Shown: positions 49,020 through 58,002 of the stretch, one piece after another | Layout of the letters: each line of letters starts with the position of its first letter | How positions within the stretch are numbered: position 1 is the stretch's first letter | NCBI GenBank assembly: GCA_963826115.1 | Contig: CAWGVS010000010.1 | Span: forward strand, 96,001-160,000 | Source: an uncultured Candidatus Rokubacteria bacterium | Lineage (GTDB): Bacteria; Methylomirabilota; Methylomirabilia; Rokubacteriales; DASRDR01 | Direction: 5' to 3' | Length of the DNA: 64,000 nt | Translations under genes and position numbers: made by a program | Notes under the pieces: generated by a model | Databases searched by the model: none | What the model was told of the DNA's origin: nothing | The model's input: only the letters and a program-made list of their open reading frames with translations

Positions 49020-49292
49020 ATGCTCTACATGCTCATCGAGCGCTTCAAGAACGGGGACCCCGTGCCGGTGTACCGGCGGTTCCGGGACCAGGGCCGCCGG
49101 CTCCCCGACGGCCTCACGTACATCGCGAGCTGGGTGACCCTCGACATGACGACGTGCTACCAGATGATGGAGTGCGAGGAGCGGCGCCGCCTGGACGAGT
49201 GGATCGCCGCCGGCAGCGACCTGGTCGACTTCGAGGTGATCCCCGTGATGACCTCGGCCGAGGCGGTCCAGCAGATCGCGCCGCGTCTCTAG
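49020..49292 (+). CDS. DUF3303 family protein
   Basis: MLYMLIERF...VYRRFRDQGR...SWV...CYQMMEC...DLVDFEVIPVMTS. Confidence 0.8.
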   Translation: MLYMLIERFKNGDPVPVYRRFRDQGRRLPDGLTYIASWVTLDMTTCYQMMECEERRRLDEWIAAGSDLVDFEVIPVMTSAEAVQQIAPRL

Positions 49293-49328
49293 CCCGGTCG
49301 CGGGCGGCGGGCGCCGCCGGGCCAGGCG

Positions 49329-50627
49329 TCAGCGCATCAGGCTCGGCAGCCAGAGGCTCAGCCAGGGGAACAGGACCAGGATGGCGAGTCGCAGCACGTC
49401 GGCCCACATGAACGGGAGCACGCCGCTGAACACCGTCCCCGTCGACACCTCCGGGAGGAGCGTTCGCAGCACGAACATGTTCATCCCGACCGGCGGGCTG
49501 ATGAGCCCGATCTCCACGACGCACACGATGATGATCCCGAACCAGATCGGGTCGTATCCGAGGTGCACGATGACCGGGAAGAACACCGGCATCGTGAGGA
49601 GCACCATCGAGAGCTCCTCCATGGCGGTCCCGAGGAGGACGTAGATCCCGGCGATGGCCAGCACGACCACGATCGGGCTCACCTCGAAGCGCGTGACGAA
49701 GGCCTTCAGGTCGGCCGGCATCGTGGTGATGTTGATGAACTCCGCGAACATCAGCGCGCCGATGAGGATCATGAAGAGCATGGCGGTGGTCCGCGCGCTC
49801 TCCAGCAGCGCCTCGTAGAGAGTCCGCCAGGTGAGCGCGCGCCGCGCCAGCGCGAAGAGGAGGGCGCCGAACGCGCCCATGCCCGCGCCCTCGGTGGCGG
49901 TGAAGAGCCCGCCGTAGATCCCGCCCATCACGAACAGGAAGAGCGCGGCGACCGCCCAGACGTCCTTCAGGGCGAGGACGCGCTCCCGCCAGCTGGAGCG
50001 CTCGCCCGGCGGCCCCGAGGTCGGGTCGCGCCAGGTCATGTACTGGACCGCGCCGCACAGGAGGACCGCGCCCAGGATGCCCGGCAGGATCCCGGCGGCG
50101 AAGAGCTTCGCGATGTTGGTCTCGGTGAAGACGCCGTAGATCACCATGATCGTGGACGGCGGGATCATGATGCCGAGCGTGCCACCGCCGGCCACGACGC
50201 CGGCGGCCAGGCGGTCGGAGTAGCCGAAGCGCTTCATGGACGGGTAGGCCACCTTCGCGAAGGTCGCGGCCGTCGCGATCGAGGAGCCGCAGATCCCGCC
50301 GAAGCCCGCCGAGGCCCACACGGTCGCCATGGCGAGGCCGCCCCGCAGGTGGCCGATGAAGGCGTAGGCGGCCCGGAACAGCTCCTGCGACATGCCGGCG
50401 CGCGTCACGAGGTTCCCCATCAGGATGAAGAGGGGCACCACCGACAGCGTGTAGTTGCGTCCGGTCTCGTAGAGCTTCGTCTGCGTCATGGCGAACGCGA
50501 CCGTCCAGTTCCAGTCGCGCATGTAGGCGTAGCCGCAGATCCCGACGGCGGCCATGGAGAACGAGATGGGCACCCGCAAGAAGGCGAGCGCCATCATGAC
50601 GACCAGGCCGACCAGTCCTTCGATCAT
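49329..50627 (-). CDS. dctM: TRAP transporter large permease
   Basis: VPLFILMG, GGICGSSIATA, GGTLGIMIPPS, EIGLISPPVGMN. Confidence 0.92.
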   Translation of the reverse strand: MIEGLVGLVVMMALAFLRVPISFSMAAVGICGYAYMRDWNWTVAFAMTQTKLYETGRNYTLSVVPLFILMGNLVTRAGMSQELFRAAYAFIGHLRGGLAMATVWASAGFGGICGSSIATAATFAKVAYPSMKRFGYSDRLAAGVVAGGGTLGIMIPPSTIMVIYGVFTETNIAKLFAAGILPGILGAVLLCGAVQYMTWRDPTSGPPGERSSWRERVLALKDVWAVAALFLFVMGGIYGGLFTATEGAGMGAFGALLFALARRALTWRTLYEALLESARTTAMLFMILIGALMFAEFINITTMPADLKAFVTRFEVSPIVVVLAIAGIYVLLGTAMEELSMVLLTMPVFFPVIVHLGYDPIWFGIIIVCVVEIGLISPPVGMNMFVLRTLLPEVSTGTVFSGVLPFMWADVLRLAILVLFPWLSLWLPSLMR

Positions 50628-51100
50628 CGGCGCCCGGCGGCCACGGTACAGGTGGATCACGCCGGCGAGCCCGACCATCGACCGCCATGAAGTAGACGAA
50701 CGGGCCGTACACGATGCGGAGCACGTCGGTGGCGTCCCGGTAGGCCCAGATGCGGTCGGCCTTCCGCCAGAGCAGCCAGGCGAGGAGGAACATGAACGCG
50801 CCGCACGCCACCTGGACGGCGCGCCAGAGCGACGCGCTGCGCGGCCGGGCCCAGGAGGCGGTCGATGAAGTCCATGACCGCGTGCTCGTCGGCGTACGAC
50901 ACGAGCGGCAGGCCGGCGAAGATCAGCACGACCAGCATGAGCTCGGTGACTTCGAATGCGCCGCGCACCGGTCGGTTGAAGACGTAGCGGCCCACGACGT
51001 CGACGACCGTGAGCAGCATCATGGCGAGGAGGATGGCGGAAGCGGCGCCGCCGAGGACGACGTCGGCGCGCCGCTTCCCGCCGTCGGGGGGACCGCTCAC
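50624..51100 (-). CDS. dctQ: TRAP transporter small permease, frameshifted
   Basis: DVVGRYVFNRPVRGAFEVTELMLV; the C-terminal TMs continue in other frames. Confidence 0.78.
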
Positions 51101-52125
51101 TGACCGGCGGCGACCTTCTTCAGCTCCGCGTAGAACTCGTCGAGGATCTTCCGGGCGTCCACGCCCTTGGCGCTCGCCTGCTTCACCCAGTCGTCGATGA
51201 TGGGCGCGGAGCGCTTCTTGACCTCGGCGACGAAGGCGGGTCGGCGTTGACGATCTTGATGTTGGCCTTCCGCATTCCTTCCAGGCCCTTCTTGTCCGCC
51301 TCGTCCCACGACTGCCCGGCGAGCCGCGCGAGGTGCTCGCCGGAGACCTTCTCGATGGCGTCCTGGTCCTGCTTCGGCAGCTTGTTCCACTTGTCCTCGT
51401 TCATGAAGAACCCGAACGCCGAGCTGTACATTCCGCCCGGGAACAGCGTGGCCTGCTCGAGCACCGTGTCGAGCTTGAAGGAGACGATCGACTCCAGCGG
51501 GAAGAACACGCCGTCGGCGACGCCCGACTTCAGGAGCTCGAAGGACTCCGGCGCGGGCTTCACGAACGCCGAGGTCCCCAGCGCCTTGGCGACCGCCTCG
51601 GCGACGCCGCCGCCGGTGCGGATCTTGAGGCCCTGGATGTCGTCGATGCCGCGGACCGGTCTTCTTCGTGTACATCTGGCCGGGCCCGTGGGTGAACACG
51701 CCGAGGAGCTTGACGCCCTTGTACTCGCCGACCTGCTGGAAGTACTTCCAGTGGATCCGGGAGTACGCGACCGAGTTAATCAGGGCGGTATCGCCTGAGC
51801 CGGGAAGCTCCGGCATGAGCGGCAGGATGTGGCGCGCCGGCGTGTAGCTGGCCGTGACGTAGGAGACGTCCACCAGACCGTCCTTGACCGCGTCGAACGT
51901 GCCCGGCGGCGCCGACGGGTGCTTCGGCAGCATCGTGAGCTTCACGCGGCCGCCGGTGGCCTTCTCGACCTCGTTCGCCCAGCCCTGGAGCACGACGGCC
52001 GTCAGGTGGTGTGTCGGCCCGACCCACGACGACATGGTCAGCGTCGTCTGGGCCAGCGCCGGCGGCGCGGCGACGAGGCAGGCGGCCGCGAGGATCGTGA
52101 GCAGGATTGCCGTCAGTCTCTGCAT
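51097..52125 (-). CDS. dctP: TRAP transporter substrate-binding protein, frameshifted near 51665 and 51240
   Basis: Signal peptide; WANEVEKATGGRV; shifted frame GLKIRTGGG...FELLKSGVADG...FMNEDKWNKLP. Confidence 0.82.
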   Translation of the reverse strand: MQRLTAILLTILAAACLVAAPPALAQTTLTMSSWVGPTHHLTAVVLQGWANEVEKATGGRVKLTMLPKHPSAPPGTFDAVKDGLVDVSYVTASYTPARHILPLMPELPGSGDTALINSVAYSRIHWKYFQQVGEYKGVKLLGVFTHGPGQMYTKKTGPRHRRHPGPQDPHRRRRRRGGRQGAGDLGVREARAGVLRAPEVGRRRRRVLPAGVDRLLQARHGARAGHAVPGRNVQLGVRVLHERGQVEQAAEAGPGRHREGLRRAPRAARRAVVGRGGQEGPGRNAEGQHQDRQRRPAFVAEVKKRSAPIIDDWVKQASAKGVDARKILDEFYAELKKVAAGQ

Positions 52126-52191
52126 GCTCTTCTCCTTGGTCGCGGAGTCGGAAGGGGGGGTCCCGGCCGGTAGTGTAGCAGGGGAGGCGCC

Positions 52192-53553
52192 TCAGCCGAT
52201 CACCGGCCACTTCGACGGGACGGTCAGCCCGGCCCGCGCGATCTGCTGCCGCGCGAGCGCCTCCACCCGATCGAAGACCTCCCGCTCGTCGAGCGTGGTG
52301 AGGTGGCCGTCGTCGAGCACCACGCGCCCGTCGATGAGGACGGTCCGGACGCTGGCCCCGGTCGCCGCGTAGACGAGGTTGTTGACCGGGTTCAGGAGCG
52401 GCCGCCACTCGGGCGCGTCGAGGTCGTAGAGGACGAGGTCCGCGCGCTTCCCCGGCTCGATCGAGCCGATTCGGCTCTCGAGCCCGAGGGCCTCGGCGCC
52501 GTGGAGCGTGGCCATCTCGAGCACGCGCTCGGGCGGCATCACGCCGACGTCGAGGCGGGCGTCCTTGTAGATCGTGGCGGCCAGGTACATGAGGCGGAGC
52601 ATGTCGAAGTGGTTCGACCCGTTTCCGCTGTCGCCGCCGAGCGAGACCGAGACGCCGGCGTCCAGCATCTCGGGGAACCGGCCGTGCGCCGCCAGGCCCT
52701 TGATGTGCTTCAGCCCCGCCGTCGGGCAGTGAGAGACCTTGACGCCTCGCCGCGCCAGGAGGGCGATGTCGGCGTCGTCCACGTACACCATGTGGGCGAG
52801 CTTGGTGCGGGGCGTCAGGATCCCGAGGGCGTCGAGGTCCGCGAGCGGGACGCGGTCGGAGGTCCGGCGCGAGGGATGGGACGCGAAGTGCATCATGCCC
52901 CACCCGGTGCCGTGCCGGTCGGCCAGCGCCCGGGCCCCCTGCATGAGCGCGGGCGAGCAGGTGCCGAAGCCGAGGAGGAGCGGCCAGGCGCCGATCCGCC
53001 CGCCGGCCCGCCCGTTCACGCGCTCGAGCATCGCCTCGTTCTCCCGGAGCGCGTCCGCCGTCGTCTGCCGGAGGGGTCCTGGGCCGGCGGCGAGGTCCCA
53101 CGACCACCGGCCCAGCACGGCGCGCATCCCGACCGTCTCGACCGCCTCGGCGACCGCCGGGACGTCGAGGAGCGTGCCCGCCTCGCAGAACGTCGTCGTC
53201 CCGGTCCGGATCATCTCGATGCAGGCGAGGAGGGCGGAGACCTGCTCCTCCTCCGGCGTGATGGCGGCGTAGAGCGGGATCAGCCAGTCGGGCAGGTACC
53301 GGTCGACCGGCACGTCGTCGAGGAGGAGCCCGCGGTTCAGGTGCTCCGAGAGGTGGACGTGTGTGTCCACGAAGCCCGGGAGCACGATGCGCCGCCGGCC
53401 GTCGATGACCCGGACGGGCGGGCGCGGCGGGCGCACGGTCGCGGCGCGCCCGACCTGGACGACGTCGCGGCCGTCCACGAGGATCGAGCCGTCGGTCAGG
53501 ATCCGGCGCTCTGGGTCCAGCGTGATGATGGTCGCGTGCTCGATCAGGATCAC
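52192..53553 (-). CDS. amidohydrolase (MTA/SAH deaminase-like)
   Basis: PGFVDTHVH, EMIRTGTTTF, LAHMV, SLGGD, GSIEPGKRADLV. Confidence 0.88.
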   Translation of the reverse strand: MILIEHATIITLDPERRILTDGSILVDGRDVVQVGRAATVRPPRPPVRVIDGRRRIVLPGFVDTHVHLSEHLNRGLLLDDVPVDRYLPDWLIPLYAAITPEEEQVSALLACIEMIRTGTTTFCEAGTLLDVPAVAEAVETVGMRAVLGRWSWDLAAGPGPLRQTTADALRENEAMLERVNGRAGGRIGAWPLLLGFGTCSPALMQGARALADRHGTGWGMMHFASHPSRRTSDRVPLADLDALGILTPRTKLAHMVYVDDADIALLARRGVKVSHCPTAGLKHIKGLAAHGRFPEMLDAGVSVSLGGDSGNGSNHFDMLRLMYLAATIYKDARLDVGVMPPERVLEMATLHGAEALGLESRIGSIEPGKRADLVLYDLDAPEWRPLLNPVNNLVYAATGASVRTVLIDGRVVLDDGHLTTLDEREVFDRVEALARQQIARAGLTVPSKWPVIG

Positions 53554-53563
53554 GCCCGGGACC

Positions 53564-54017
53564 TCAGAGCAGCTCGAAGGCCGTCAGCTCGACGACGCGC
53601 GGCCGGCGCGTCCCGCGCGCGACGGCGATGATGCGGCTCAGCCAGGCCAGGTGGTCCGCGCCCGTCTCGAATCGCAGCACGGTCCGGAAGTAGTAGCTCG
53701 CCGGGTCGACCGTCTCGCCCGCGGCGAGCCGGGCGAGGACCTCGGGTGGGCCGTGACGGAGCCCCTGGCTGTGGACCTCGATCAGCGCGCCGTCGTCCGT
53801 CTCCAGGGTGTAGTGCGCGTCGAGCCGGGCGGCCCCGTCGTCGCCGATCCACTGCCAGTCCGCGCCGCCCGGGGCGGACACGCCCGCCGAGCCGCTCGCC
53901 GCGGAACCACCCGCCACGGATGTCGACGACGCGGCGCTCGCCGAGCGGGGCGTGGCCGAGCGTCACGACGTCCGCCACCTCGACGTGGGCGTCGAACAGG
54001 GGCTGGAAGGCGAGCAT
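53564..54017 (-). CDS. DUF3237 family protein, frameshift near 53875
   Basis: GERRVVDIRGGWF and PGGADWQ...LDAHYTLETDDGALI...YYFRT...FET. Confidence 0.8.
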
Positions 54018-54133
54018 GGCGCATGGTGCCGCGCGGGCCAGGCGCGGGCAAGCCCCCTCGAGACCGCCGCCACGCGGTCCCTTGACGGTCGCGCGACGCG
54101 AATGGTCTAGTGCGTCCCGGGAGGGCCCGAGAC

Positions 54134-55036
54134 ATGAAGATCGGCTTCATCGGCACAGGGGCCATGGGACGGCCCATGGCGCGGAACCTCGTCAAGAAGG
54201 GATTTCCGGTCGCGGCGTTCGACCTCCAGCCGGCGGTGCTGGCCGCGGCGGTGGAGGCGGGGGCGAGCGCGACGGGCTCGGCGGCCGCGGCGGCGGCGGC
54301 GGGCGACCTCGTCGTCACCATGCTGCCGTCGTCCTCCCACGTGGAGCGCGCGTACTTCGGGCCCGGCGGCGTGGTGGAGGGGCTCGCGCCGGGGCGGCTC
54401 TGCGTCGACATGTCCACGATCGATCCGGCGACCGCGCGCCGCGTCGCCGCGCGCCTCGGCGAGCGCGGCCTGCGCTTCATCGACGCGCCGGTGTCGGGCG
54501 GGGTCGGCGGGGCGGAGGACGGGACGCTCGCCATCATGGTGGGCGGCGATGCGCGGGACCTGGAGGAGGCCCGCCCGGCCCTCGCGGCGATGGGCGCGCA
54601 CATCGTCCACGTCGGCGCGGTCGGGGCCGGCGCGGTGGCGAAGCTCTGCAACAACCTGATCGCGGGCGTGACCACGGTGGCGGTCAGCGAGGCCTTCCGC
54701 ATCGCCGAGGGGTTCGGCGTCGACCCGAAGCTCCTGACCCAGGTGATCGCCAACTCGTCGGGCCGCACCTGGATCATGGAGCACAGCCACCCGGTGCCCG
54801 GCATCGTGCCCCGCGCCGCCTCGAACCGCGACTACGCGCCCGGGTTCACCGTCGACCTCATGTGCAAGGACCTGGGGCTCGCGGTCAACGCGGCGCGCGA
54901 GCTCCGGGTGCCGGTCGCGGTGTCCTCGGCCGCCCAGCAGGTCCTCCGGATGGCCTCGTCGCACGGTTACGGGCGGAAGGACGTCTCGGCCGTGTACCAG
55001 TTCCTCCAGGCCTCGCAGGGCGACGCGCCCGTCTAG
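54134..55036 (+). CDS. NAD(P)-dependent beta-hydroxyacid dehydrogenase (3-hydroxyisobutyrate dehydrogenase family)
   Basis: IGFIGTGAMGRPMA, DAPVSGG, KLCNN, FTVDLMCKDL. Confidence 0.9.
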   Translation: MKIGFIGTGAMGRPMARNLVKKGFPVAAFDLQPAVLAAAVEAGASATGSAAAAAAAGDLVVTMLPSSSHVERAYFGPGGVVEGLAPGRLCVDMSTIDPATARRVAARLGERGLRFIDAPVSGGVGGAEDGTLAIMVGGDARDLEEARPALAAMGAHIVHVGAVGAGAVAKLCNNLIAGVTTVAVSEAFRIAEGFGVDPKLLTQVIANSSGRTWIMEHSHPVPGIVPRAASNRDYAPGFTVDLMCKDLGLAVNAARELRVPVAVSSAAQQVLRMASSHGYGRKDVSAVYQFLQASQGDAPV

Positions 55037-55064
55037 CGCGGATCAGAGCCGGACGGAGGACGCC

Positions 55065-56585
55065 CTGAACATCGCGCGAGCCCTCGAGGGCGCGGCGCGC
55101 CACCTCCCGGACACGCCCGCGATCCTGTTCGAGGGCGGCCGCACCAGCTACCGGGAGCTCGACCGCGCCGCCAGCCGGACCGCCGGCGCGCTGGCCGCCT
55201 GGGGCGTCGCTTCCGGCGATCGGGTGGTCCTCTTCCTTCCGAACATTCCCGCGTTCGCGGTCGCGTACCAGGCCGTCCAGAAGCTGGGCGCGATCGCCGT
55301 GTCGGCGAGCGCGATGCTGACCACCCCGGAGCTCACCGCGCTCCTCGAGGACGCCGGGGCCCGCGCGGTGTTCACGGTGGAGGCGCTCTGGCCGCGGCTC
55401 GCGCCGCTCGTGGGAGACCTGGTTCCCCGGGACCGGGCGGTGATCTGCGAGGGCGAGGTGCCCGGCGTGCCCGGGCTCGAGGCCTTCGGCGCGGACCGAC
55501 CCGACGCCCGGCCCGCGCGCGACATGGAGCCCGACGCGCCGGCGGCGATCCTGTTCACGTCGGGGACGACCGGGCGGCAGAAGGGCGCCACGCTGAGCCA
55601 CGCCAACATCGCGTCCAACGTCTCCGCCGTGAACCGCTACATGCGTCTCGGTCCGGGTGACCGCCTGCTCGTCGCTCTGCCGCTGTTCCACGTCGCTGCC
55701 CAGAACGTTCTCATGAACGGCGGTTTCGCGGCCGGGGCGACGCTCGCGCTCCACCGCCGGTTCGACGTCCGGCGCTGCGTGGACGCGATCGAGGAGCACC
55801 GGATCACGGTCGTCGTCGGCGTGCCCACCATCTACATCGCGATGCTCGACGCCGGCGTGCGCCCGGAGTCGCTCTCGAGCGTGCGCTTCTACAAGTCGGC
55901 GGCGGCCACGATGCCGGTGGAGGTGGCGCGGCGCTGGCGCGCCACGTACGGGCGGACCGTGATGGAGGGTTACGGGCTCACCGAGACCTCGCCGGCCGCC
56001 ACCTTCAACCACGAGCTCGAGTACCGCGAGGGCTCGGTGGGCACGCCCATCGACCTGGTGGACGTGCGGGTGGTGGACGAGGAGGACCGGGACGTCCCGC
56101 CGGGCGCGTGGGGCGAGGTCGTCTTCCGCGGTCCCAACGTCATGCTCGGCTACTGGAACCGCCCGGAGGACACGCGCGTGGCCCTCCGCGGCGGCTGGTT
56201 CCACACGGGCGACGTGGGGCACCTGGACGCGGATGGCTACCTCTACCTGGTCGACCGCCTGAAGGACATGATCAACACGGCCGGCCTCAAGATCTGGCCT
56301 CGAGAAGTGGAGGAGGTGCTCTACCGCCATCCGGCGGTCCGGGAGTGCGCGGTCGTCGGCGTTCCCGATCGCGTCAAGGGCGAGATCGCGAAGGCCGTGC
56401 TGGTGGCGCGGCCCGGCGCCGCGCCCACGGCCGCCGAGCTCGAGGCGTACTGCCGCGAGCGCCTGGCGGCCTACAAGGTGCCGCGCGCCTGGGAGCTGGT
56501 CGACGAGCTGCCGAAGAGCGCATCGGGCAAGATCCTGAAGCGCGTGCTGCGCCAGGGGACCCCGGACGAGGGGCCGGTCCGGTGA
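55065..56585 (+). CDS. long-chain acyl-CoA ligase (probable CTG start)
   Basis: GGAGGA RBS then CTG AAC ATC GCG; FTSGTTGRQKG, GYGLTE, HTGDVG, DRLKDMI, LPKSASGKI. Confidence 0.88.
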   Translation: MNIARALEGAARHLPDTPAILFEGGRTSYRELDRAASRTAGALAAWGVASGDRVVLFLPNIPAFAVAYQAVQKLGAIAVSASAMLTTPELTALLEDAGARAVFTVEALWPRLAPLVGDLVPRDRAVICEGEVPGVPGLEAFGADRPDARPARDMEPDAPAAILFTSGTTGRQKGATLSHANIASNVSAVNRYMRLGPGDRLLVALPLFHVAAQNVLMNGGFAAGATLALHRRFDVRRCVDAIEEHRITVVVGVPTIYIAMLDAGVRPESLSSVRFYKSAAATMPVEVARRWRATYGRTVMEGYGLTETSPAATFNHELEYREGSVGTPIDLVDVRVVDEEDRDVPPGAWGEVVFRGPNVMLGYWNRPEDTRVALRGGWFHTGDVGHLDADGYLYLVDRLKDMINTAGLKIWPREVEEVLYRHPAVRECAVVGVPDRVKGEIAKAVLVARPGAAPTAAELEAYCRERLAAYKVPRAWELVDELPKSASGKILKRVLRQGTPDEGPVR

Positions 56586-57701
56586 CGCCCTCCCGCCCGG
56601 GGCCGTTCCGCGCCGAGCACGTCGGGAGCTTCCTGCGCCCGGAGCGTCTCCTCGCGGCCGCGCGCGAGGTCCGGAGCGGCGCGCTCCCCGCCGAGCGGCT
56701 CCGCGCCGTCCAGGACGAGTGCGTTCGCGAGGTCGTTACCCTTCAGGAGGGGCTCGGCTTCCGGTCCGTGACCGACGGGGAGTTCCGGCGACGCGGGTGG
56801 TCGGCGGGCTTCATCGATGCGGTCGAGGGCTTCGGGCTCCGGGAGTCCGCGCTCGGCTTCCGCGACGACGCCGGCGAGCGGGGCGTGCTCCCGTCGCCCT
56901 ACGCGCGCGCGCCGCTCCGGCGCGCGCGCGAGATCGCGGCCGGGGAGTTTCGCTTCCTCCGGGACGCGGTGACCACCGGCATCCCGCGGGTGACGATTCC
57001 CGCGCCGGACGTGATGCACTTCTTCCTCGGCCCGACGAGCGTGGACCCCGCGGTCTACCCGGACATCGAGCGCTACTACGCGGACCTCGTCGCGATCTAC
57101 CAGGCCGAGCTCCGGGACCTGGTGGCGCTGGGCTGCCGGGCCGTCCAGCTGGACGACACCGCGCTGCCCTGCAATTGTGACGCGCGAGTGCGCGCCGAGG
57201 TGCGGGCGCGTGGCGAGGATCCGGACGCGCTCACCCGGCGCTACGTCCGCCTGATCAACGACGCGCTGACGGCCTGCCCGCCCGGGCGTCGCGCGCTCCG
57301 TCCACATGTGCCGCGGCAACCTGAAGGGCGCGTGGATGGCGGAGGGCGGGTACGAGCCGATCGCCGATGCGGCGTTCACCGACCTTCAGGTCGACGCCTT
57401 CCTCCTCGAGTTCGACACTCCGCGCGCCGGGGACTTCCAGGCGCTTCGCTTCGTGCCCGCTCCGGCGCGCGTGGTGCTGGGGCTGGTCAGCACGAAGACG
57501 CCCATCCTCGAGTCGGCCGACGCGTTGAAGCGCCGGATCGACGAGGCCGCGCGCTACGTGCCCCTCGAGCGGCTCGGGCTCTCGCCCCAGTGCGGGTTCA
57601 GCTCCGCGCCGGGGTCGGGCCAGCCGATCACCGCCGACGACCAGCGACGGAAGCTGGAGCTGGTGCTCCGAGTCGCGCGGGACGTCTGGGGGGCGAGCTA
57701 G
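56582..57701 (+). CDS. second MetE-like (methionine synthase II family) protein, frameshift near 57287
   Basis: PFRAEHVGSFLRP, TDGEFRR; then HMCRGN, LLEFD, VVLGLVSTK, LSPQCGFSS. Confidence 0.85.
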
Positions 57702-58002
57702 GCTAGGCCGGACGGCGCGGCGCGCGGCGGGCCGTTAGCCCGCCCGGGCGCCGCCGGCCCGCGCCACCTGACACCACGGACCCAGCCAGGGAAACGCTTG
57801 CGGGAAGTGCAGCACGCTCCGGCGCGCCGACCGAGTGATCCAGACGGGGAGCTTGATCAGGCGCTCCCGCAGCGTCGCGACCTGGGCCTCCGCGCAGGTC
57901 GTCCCCTGGCGTAGATACTTCAGACGCGAGAGCCATTCTTGTCACTCGCCGAACGACAGTGGTACTCTTCGCTGAATCTAGCTGAATTTGCGTGACGCGC
58001 CA

